From contig CAWDTA010000002.1 of NCBI GenBank assembly GCA_963805085.1, forward strand, positions 1,920,001 to 1,984,000: a DNA stretch of 64,000 bases. The letters are read 5' to 3'. The notes under the pieces are model-generated. The model was not told the origin of the DNA and did no database searches. It saw nothing but the letters and a program-made list of their open reading frames with translations. The DNA comes from an uncultured Veillonellaceae bacterium. GTDB lineage: Bacteria > Bacillota > Negativicutes > JARBTT01. Of this stretch, positions 58,815 to 64,000 are shown in pieces (position 1 is the stretch's first letter; each line of letters begins with the position of its first letter). Both the position numbers and the translations under genes were made by a program.

Positions 58815-59930
58815 ATGAAAAATAATTTGTTATTAGATGAAAGTAAAATTTTACACCATAAAGATAGAGTTGAAGCTTGGTTAGCTGGAGAACGCATAGC
58901 TCCAATTACAATTGATTGTGCACTAACAACAAAATGTAGTTATCGCTGTGTATATTGCTATGGGAAAATGCAAGTGATAAATCAATACCCTAATTTAGAT
59001 AAAAAGGTTATTTTTGATTTTTTAGACGATGCTGCTGAAATTGGAGTAAAGGCAATAAGTTTTGTTAGTGATGGAGAAAGTACTTGTAATCCGCATTTAA
59101 AAGATGCCATTGTTCGTGGAAAAAACAATGGCTTAGATATGGCGTTAGGAACGAATGGCTATTTATTAAAAGATGATGAACTAGAAGAAATTTTACCTTG
59201 TTTGACTTATTTAAGATTTAATATTTCAGCAGGTGAAAGAGAGCGATATGCTTATATACATGGTTGCAAGTTAGAAGCCTATGATAAAGTAATTGATACA
59301 ATTAGAAAAGCTGTTTTGATAAAAAGAGAAAAAGGATTATCAGCAACTATCGGTATGCAAATGGTTTTGATGCCAGAATTTAAAGATCAAATTCTTCCTT
59401 TGACAAAGTTAGGTCAAGAATTGGGTGTCGATTATTTAGTTATAAAACATTGTAGTGATGATGAAAATCATACGCTAGGTGTAGATTACAGTAAATATGA
59501 AAATTTAGTGGAATTGTTAAAAGAAGCCGAAGGATATAGTTCGGATACATATCAAGTATCTGTAAAGTGGTCGAAGGTTTTGAGTGGTGGGAAGAAATGC
59601 TATACTAAGTGTTTTGGAGCACCTTTTATATTGCAATTGTCTGGTTCAGGATTGGTTGCTCCTTGTGGCATGTTATTTAATGAGAAATATAAAGAATTTC
59701 ATATTGGTAATATAAAAGAAGCTAGATTTAAAAAAATTTGGAAAAGTGAACGATATTGGGAAGTTATGAATAAAATTTCTTCAGCTCCTTTTAATCCGCA
59801 AACTGATTGTGGATCTTTATGTTTACAACATAAGACAAATGAAATGCTATGGAAGGTTAAAAATGAGGAAATTGATTTAGATTCACAAGCGATGCCTCAA
59901 AAAGCTGTACAACATGTTAATTTTATATAA
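58815..59930 (+). CDS. Radical SAM/SPASM protein (paralog)
   Basis: CSYRCVYC, DGES, TNG; C-terminal C..GLVAPC..GNI..CGSLC; ends HVNFI. Confidence 0.92.
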   Translation: MKNNLLLDESKILHHKDRVEAWLAGERIAPITIDCALTTKCSYRCVYCYGKMQVINQYPNLDKKVIFDFLDDAAEIGVKAISFVSDGESTCNPHLKDAIVRGKNNGLDMALGTNGYLLKDDELEEILPCLTYLRFNISAGERERYAYIHGCKLEAYDKVIDTIRKAVLIKREKGLSATIGMQMVLMPEFKDQILPLTKLGQELGVDYLVIKHCSDDENHTLGVDYSKYENLVELLKEAEGYSSDTYQVSVKWSKVLSGGKKCYTKCFGAPFILQLSGSGLVAPCGMLFNEKYKEFHIGNIKEARFKKIWKSERYWEVMNKISSAPFNPQTDCGSLCLQHKTNEMLWKVKNEEIDLDSQAMPQKAVQHVNFI

Positions 59931-59948
59931 GGACAGGTGAGCTTTAAA

Positions 59949-60770
59949 ATGGAAAAGTTACAGCAACTGGCGAAAGATATTCGTAAACAAATTTTTAAAG
60001 CGGCTTACGGCGCACAAACGGGGCATATTGCCCCATCCTTGTCTGTGGTAGAGATCTTAACATCGTTGTATTTTGATGGAATTTTGAAATATGATGCTAA
60101 AAATCCCGCCTGGAAAGAACGAGATTTTTTTGTGATGAGCAAAGGTCATGCTTCTTTAGCTCTTTATGCGGTACTTGCTGAAGCTGGCTTTTTTTCGGTA
60201 GAAGAATTAAAGCGATTTTGCCATGGAGTTACACCTTTTGGCGGAATCTTAAAAAGAAAGGTCGCTTACGGAATTGAGGCAAGTACAGGATCTTTGGGGC
60301 AGGGAATTTGTTTCGCAACGGGGGTTGCGTTAGGAATGAAGTTAGATGAGAAAAAAAGTCGAGTTTTTACTGTTATAGGTGATGGAGAATGCCAAGAGGG
60401 AACTACATGGGAGGCAGCGATGAATGCTGCACATCATGGTTTGGATAACTTTACTGTTATTATTGATCATAATCGATTGCAAGGGATGGATAAAACTGAA
60501 AATATTGTCCGAGAATTTGATTTGGCAAGCAAATGGAAAAGTTTTGGCTTTGATACTATAGAAGTTGATGGTCATGACATGAATGCGTTGAAAGCTGCTT
60601 TCCACAAAAAAGTTAAAGGGAAACCGAAGGCAATTGTTGCAAATACCGTTAAAGGGAAAGGCATTTCTTTTATGGAAGGTATTCCTATTTGGCATTATCG
60701 TATGACTAATAAAGAAGAAACAAAAATTGCTTTACAAGAATTGGATATGACTGAAGAGGAGCTGAATTAA
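59949..60770 (+). CDS. Split transketolase, N-terminal (ThDP-binding) subunit
   Basis: GHIAPSLS, RDFFVMSKGH, STGSLGQG, GDGECQEG, TVKGKG. Confidence 0.92.
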   Translation: MEKLQQLAKDIRKQIFKAAYGAQTGHIAPSLSVVEILTSLYFDGILKYDAKNPAWKERDFFVMSKGHASLALYAVLAEAGFFSVEELKRFCHGVTPFGGILKRKVAYGIEASTGSLGQGICFATGVALGMKLDEKKSRVFTVIGDGECQEGTTWEAAMNAAHHGLDNFTVIIDHNRLQGMDKTENIVREFDLASKWKSFGFDTIEVDGHDMNALKAAFHKKVKGKPKAIVANTVKGKGISFMEGIPIWHYRMTNKEETKIALQELDMTEEELN

Positions 60771-60771
60771 T

Positions 60772-61692
60772 ATGAGAAATACATATTTAAGAGAGCTATA
60801 TCAATTGGCAGAAAAAGATAAAAATGTTTTGGCTTTATTAGCAGATAATGGAGTAATTGTTTTTGATAAATATATTGAAAAATTTCCGAAACAATATTTG
60901 AATTATGGAATCTCTGAATGTGAAATGATTGGCGCCGCCGCGGGGCTTGCTGCTTATGGAAAAATACCTTTTGTGTATACAATGTCTACTTTTTTGGTTT
61001 ATAGAGGATTTGAATTTATTCGGGATATGGTATGTTTACAGAATTTGAATGTGAAAATCATAGGCACAGGGGCTGGAGTCACTTATGGTGGACTTGGACC
61101 GACCCATCACCCGACGGAAGAAATGGCAGTGCTTCGTGCATTACCTAATTTGACAATCTTTTCACCAGCTTCTCCGCTGGATGTAAAAAATGCAATCAAG
61201 GCTGCTTATGAGATGAATGGGCCTGTTTATATTCGTTTAGCGCATAATAATGAGCCGGAAATTTATGGGGAATCATGTAACTTTACTGCTGGCAGAGGCA
61301 GTGTTTTGAAGGAAGGACATGATATTACACTAATTGGTACAGGTAGCATCTTATATGATGTAATGGAAGCCGCAGGGCAGTTAGAAAAAGAGAATATATC
61401 AGCTCGTGTGATTAATATCCATACAATTAAACCATTTGATAAGGATATTGTGATTAAAGCGGCACAAGAAACAAAAGCAATTGTCACAGTGGAAGAACAT
61501 ACTGTTATTGGTGGATTAGGTAGTGCAGTAGCAGAGGTTATTGCTGAGGCGAACTTGGCTGTAACGTTTAAGAGATTTGGTTTGCCAGATCAATTTGCTA
61601 AAGGATATGGAACACATGCTGAGGTAAAAAAGATTAATGGATTAGACAAGGATAATATTATTGCAGTTGTAAAAGCAATTTTAATGAATTGA
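60772..61692 (+). CDS. Split transketolase, C-terminal subunit
   Basis: GISE..MIG.AAGLA, GPTHH, GPVYIRL, VEEH..GGLGSAVAE. Confidence 0.92.
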   Translation: MRNTYLRELYQLAEKDKNVLALLADNGVIVFDKYIEKFPKQYLNYGISECEMIGAAAGLAAYGKIPFVYTMSTFLVYRGFEFIRDMVCLQNLNVKIIGTGAGVTYGGLGPTHHPTEEMAVLRALPNLTIFSPASPLDVKNAIKAAYEMNGPVYIRLAHNNEPEIYGESCNFTAGRGSVLKEGHDITLIGTGSILYDVMEAAGQLEKENISARVINIHTIKPFDKDIVIKAAQETKAIVTVEEHTVIGGLGSAVAEVIAEANLAVTFKRFGLPDQFAKGYGTHAEVKKINGLDKDNIIAVVKAILMN

Positions 61693-61719
61693 ATAAAAAA
61701 GAAAAAGGTGATTTCAAGC

Positions 61720-62301
61720 ATGTATCATAATTATCTGGATACTTTGTTTAAGTCTTTAAAAAAAACTGAGTTTTATTTTAAGGAACATTCTTTTTCCTTG
61801 GAAGATAGAGAAAAAGCCTTTGAAGTTTTAGTCAAATCTTTTTCTGATGCAAAAAAAACGCAAAAACAGATTTTTTTTATTGGTAATGGTGGTAGTGCAG
61901 CTATTGCGAGTCATATGACTGCAGATTTTATGAAAAATGGTGGCATGCGGACATATAGTTTATATGATAATGCGATGACAACCTGTATGGGAAATGATTA
62001 TGGCTATGAATATGTTTTTTCAAAGCCTTTAAGTTTTCTAGGCAATCAGGAAGATTTATTGGTAGCAATCAGCAGTTCTGGAAATTCAAAAAATATAGTA
62101 AATGCGATTGAAATTGCTAAGAAAAAAGAGATGAAAGTGATTACTTTTACTGGGTTTAAATGCGATAATCAGGTGAAGAATTTGGGCGATTATAATGTGT
62201 ATGTCCCGATTTGTCATTATGGTATCGCCGAATCCATACACAATTTATTGCTACAGCAGGTTGTGGATACTATTTTAGAGCGTGATGGTATGCAATTGTA
62301 A
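61720..62301 (+). CDS. gmhA: SIS-domain phosphosugar isomerase (GmhA-like)
   Basis: GNGGSAAIASH, GNDYGY, ISSSGNS, ESIH. Confidence 0.82.
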   Translation: MYHNYLDTLFKSLKKTEFYFKEHSFSLEDREKAFEVLVKSFSDAKKTQKQIFFIGNGGSAAIASHMTADFMKNGGMRTYSLYDNAMTTCMGNDYGYEYVFSKPLSFLGNQEDLLVAISSSGNSKNIVNAIEIAKKKEMKVITFTGFKCDNQVKNLGDYNVYVPICHYGIAESIHNLLLQQVVDTILERDGMQL

Positions 62302-62344
62302 GGGTTTCAGATAAAATTAGAAAACGAAAATAATTACGATATAA

Positions 62345-62914
62345 ATGCTAGCAGTGGAAGATATGAAAAGTAAAGAAAGAATAAAAGTGATCAAAATGAA
62401 AAATAAGATTGGCTTTCAATTGGACAAGATAGCATTTCTTGATCGTGATGGTGTTGTAAATGTGAAAATGCCTGACGGATGTTATGTAACAAATTGGAGT
62501 GAATTTAAGTTCTTAGATGGAGCTATCTCAGGGATAAAATTATTAAATGATTTTGGCTATAAAATTATTATTGTTACAAATCAACGATGTATTGCTAAAA
62601 AAATTATGACTGAATACGAGCTGAATCAAATTCATCAAAAAATGATAGAAGTTGTAGCTGCGTCTGGGGGAGAAATTGAAACTATTTATTATTGTCCACA
62701 TGATATTGGAGAATGTCAATGTCGAAAACCTAATGCTGGGTTGTTTTTGCAGGCAGAAAAAGTTTTTGCAGTTGACAAGGCAAAATCTTTTATGATTGGT
62801 GACTCAATATCAGATGTAGAAGCTGGACGTAAATATGGGATTCAGAGTTATTTATTAAAGAATCCAGAGAATCTTGAAAGTTTAACAAGAAAGATATTGA
62901 AACTTAATAAATAA
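62345..62914 (+). CDS. gmhB: HAD bisphosphate phosphatase (GmhB-like); start may be 62396
   Basis: FLDRDGV, VTNQ, CPH..CQCRKP, MIGD..SD. Confidence 0.88.
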   Translation: MLAVEDMKSKERIKVIKMKNKIGFQLDKIAFLDRDGVVNVKMPDGCYVTNWSEFKFLDGAISGIKLLNDFGYKIIIVTNQRCIAKKIMTEYELNQIHQKMIEVVAASGGEIETIYYCPHDIGECQCRKPNAGLFLQAEKVFAVDKAKSFMIGDSISDVEAGRKYGIQSYLLKNPENLESLTRKILKLNK

Positions 62915-63069
62915 TATTTTAATGCTTTAGTTGCATACCAGTGGAAGGAACGATCATTCTGGCGTAAGAAAATCGCCTGAATGAAGCATATGGTAAATGC
63001 CAAAAGTAAGGTGCGTTTTCTACTAACTATGCAAAGACCCTATCAAGACGGTGCATTCAATATTAGGAT

Positions 63070-63125
63070 AAAAAAGTACAGACAGATAAAAATCGGAGAG
63101 ATTTTTATCTGTCTGTACTTTTTTA
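63070..63125. terminator. Bidirectional terminator
   Basis: aaaaagtacagacagataaaaatc-ggaga-gatttttatctgtctgtacttttt. Confidence 0.88.
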
Positions 63126-63130
63126 TTGAG

Positions 63131-63907
63131 TTACCATATCTTCCAAGGAGCTTGTTCTCTTTGCCAGAGATCTTCTAAGAACCATTTATCGCGTTGAGTG
63201 TCCATACATTGCCAAAAGCCGTGATGCTTAAAAGCTTGTAATTGTCCTTTTTTCGCAATTAACTCAAGTGGAGATTTTTCAAATACAGTCTCATCGTTAT
63301 GAATGTAGTCGAATATTTCAGGTTCTAAAACCATGAATCCGCCATTAATCCAGCCACCGTCTTCTTTTGCTTTTTCTACAAATTTATTGATGGTACTACC
63401 ATGAGGATCAATGTCAAGTACACCAAAACGACCGCCTGGCTGGATTGCTGTCATGGTTGCGATTGGTTTATGTTGCTGATGGAATTTCACCAATTCCTCA
63501 ATGTTTACATCACTGACACCATCGCCATAGGTTAGCATAAATGGTTCATTACCGATATAGTCTCGAACTCGTTTGATACGACCGCCTGTAGCAGTGGCGT
63601 AGCCAGTATCAACGAGAGTTACTTTCCATGGCTCAGCGACATTATTATGAACAATCATCTGATTGTTGTTGGCAAAATCAAAAGTGATATCAGAAGTATG
63701 TAAAAAATAATCAGCAAAGTATTCTTTGATGACATAGCCTTTATAGCCAAGACAGACAATGAATTCATTAAACCCATAATGTGTGTATATTTTCATGATA
63801 TGCCAAAGAATTGGGTTGCCGCCGATTTCAATCATTGGTTTTGGTTTTAAATGCGATTCTTCACTGATCCTTGTACCTAGTCCGCCTGCTAAAATAACAA
63901 CTTTCAT
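63131..63907 (-). CDS. rfbF: Glucose-1-phosphate cytidylyltransferase
   Basis: ILAGGLGTRISEE, KPKPM, LGYKG, TYGDG, INGGF, FWQCMDT. Confidence 0.95.
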   Translation of the reverse strand: MKVVILAGGLGTRISEESHLKPKPMIEIGGNPILWHIMKIYTHYGFNEFIVCLGYKGYVIKEYFADYFLHTSDITFDFANNNQMIVHNNVAEPWKVTLVDTGYATATGGRIKRVRDYIGNEPFMLTYGDGVSDVNIEELVKFHQQHKPIATMTAIQPGGRFGVLDIDPHGSTINKFVEKAKEDGGWINGGFMVLEPEIFDYIHNDETVFEKSPLELIAKKGQLQAFKHHGFWQCMDTQRDKWFLEDLWQREQAPWKIW

Positions 63908-64000
63908 ATCATAAGCCCCTTCGATAAAAATTTTGAATATTGAATTATTCTTTTATTGGTCAAAAAGAGTATATTCTTGTATAAGTGATAATATGATACT

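Noticed and set aside
47895-59930. RiPP (ranthipeptide/sactipeptide) cluster explanation for the SPASM enzymes, with the Cys-rich microprotein as precursor
   Set aside because: No RRE domain, transporter or adjacent precursor is evident. The context is nucleotide-sugar enzymes, and the microprotein is ~17 kb away with a Zn-ribbon CxxC pattern.
62981-63178. 65-aa ORF
   Set aside because: Runs through a terminator hairpin and overlaps the rfbF end; no recognisable homology.

Overview
Low-GC bacterial chromosomal window, most likely from a diderm Firmicute (Negativicutes-like; inferred from a CdiA/FHA exoprotein alongside a LevR-type PTS regulator and Firmicute-style AGGAGG RBSs). Four blocks. 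(1) 1-8.2 kb housekeeping: Fe-ADH 3' end, biotin carboxylase, uvrC, a PHP phosphoesterase, and a signal-peptide-bearing acetolactate decarboxylase followed by a frameshifted chemoreceptor. (2) 8.3-19.2 kb: a sigma54/LevR-controlled galactitol-family PTS, class II aldolase, DhaK/DhaL and transketolase, with long hairpin repeats in the spacers. (3) 19.2-34.4 kb: an accessory island bounded by ~500-bp direct repeats of the tkt 3' end. It carries a 2524-aa CdiA-like toxin with a probable immunity gene, two apparently identical RAYT (HUH Y1) genes plus a RAYT remnant, a duplicated unannotated 55-aa four-CxxC microprotein, a truncated IS110 with a candidate bridge-RNA region that appears to target Shine-Dalgarno sequences, and two PixA/AidA-like genes. 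Each cargo block is bracketed by inward-pointing REP-like motifs, giving a cassette-array architecture; this is the best candidate for an undescribed system. (4) 34.7-64 kb: a surface-glycan locus with DdhC/YerE-like and legionaminic-acid genes, four radical SAM enzymes and a split-transketolase/GmhA/HldE-like/GmhB module, which suggests an unusual higher-carbon sugar. All calls are by-eye motif recognition; no database searches were run.
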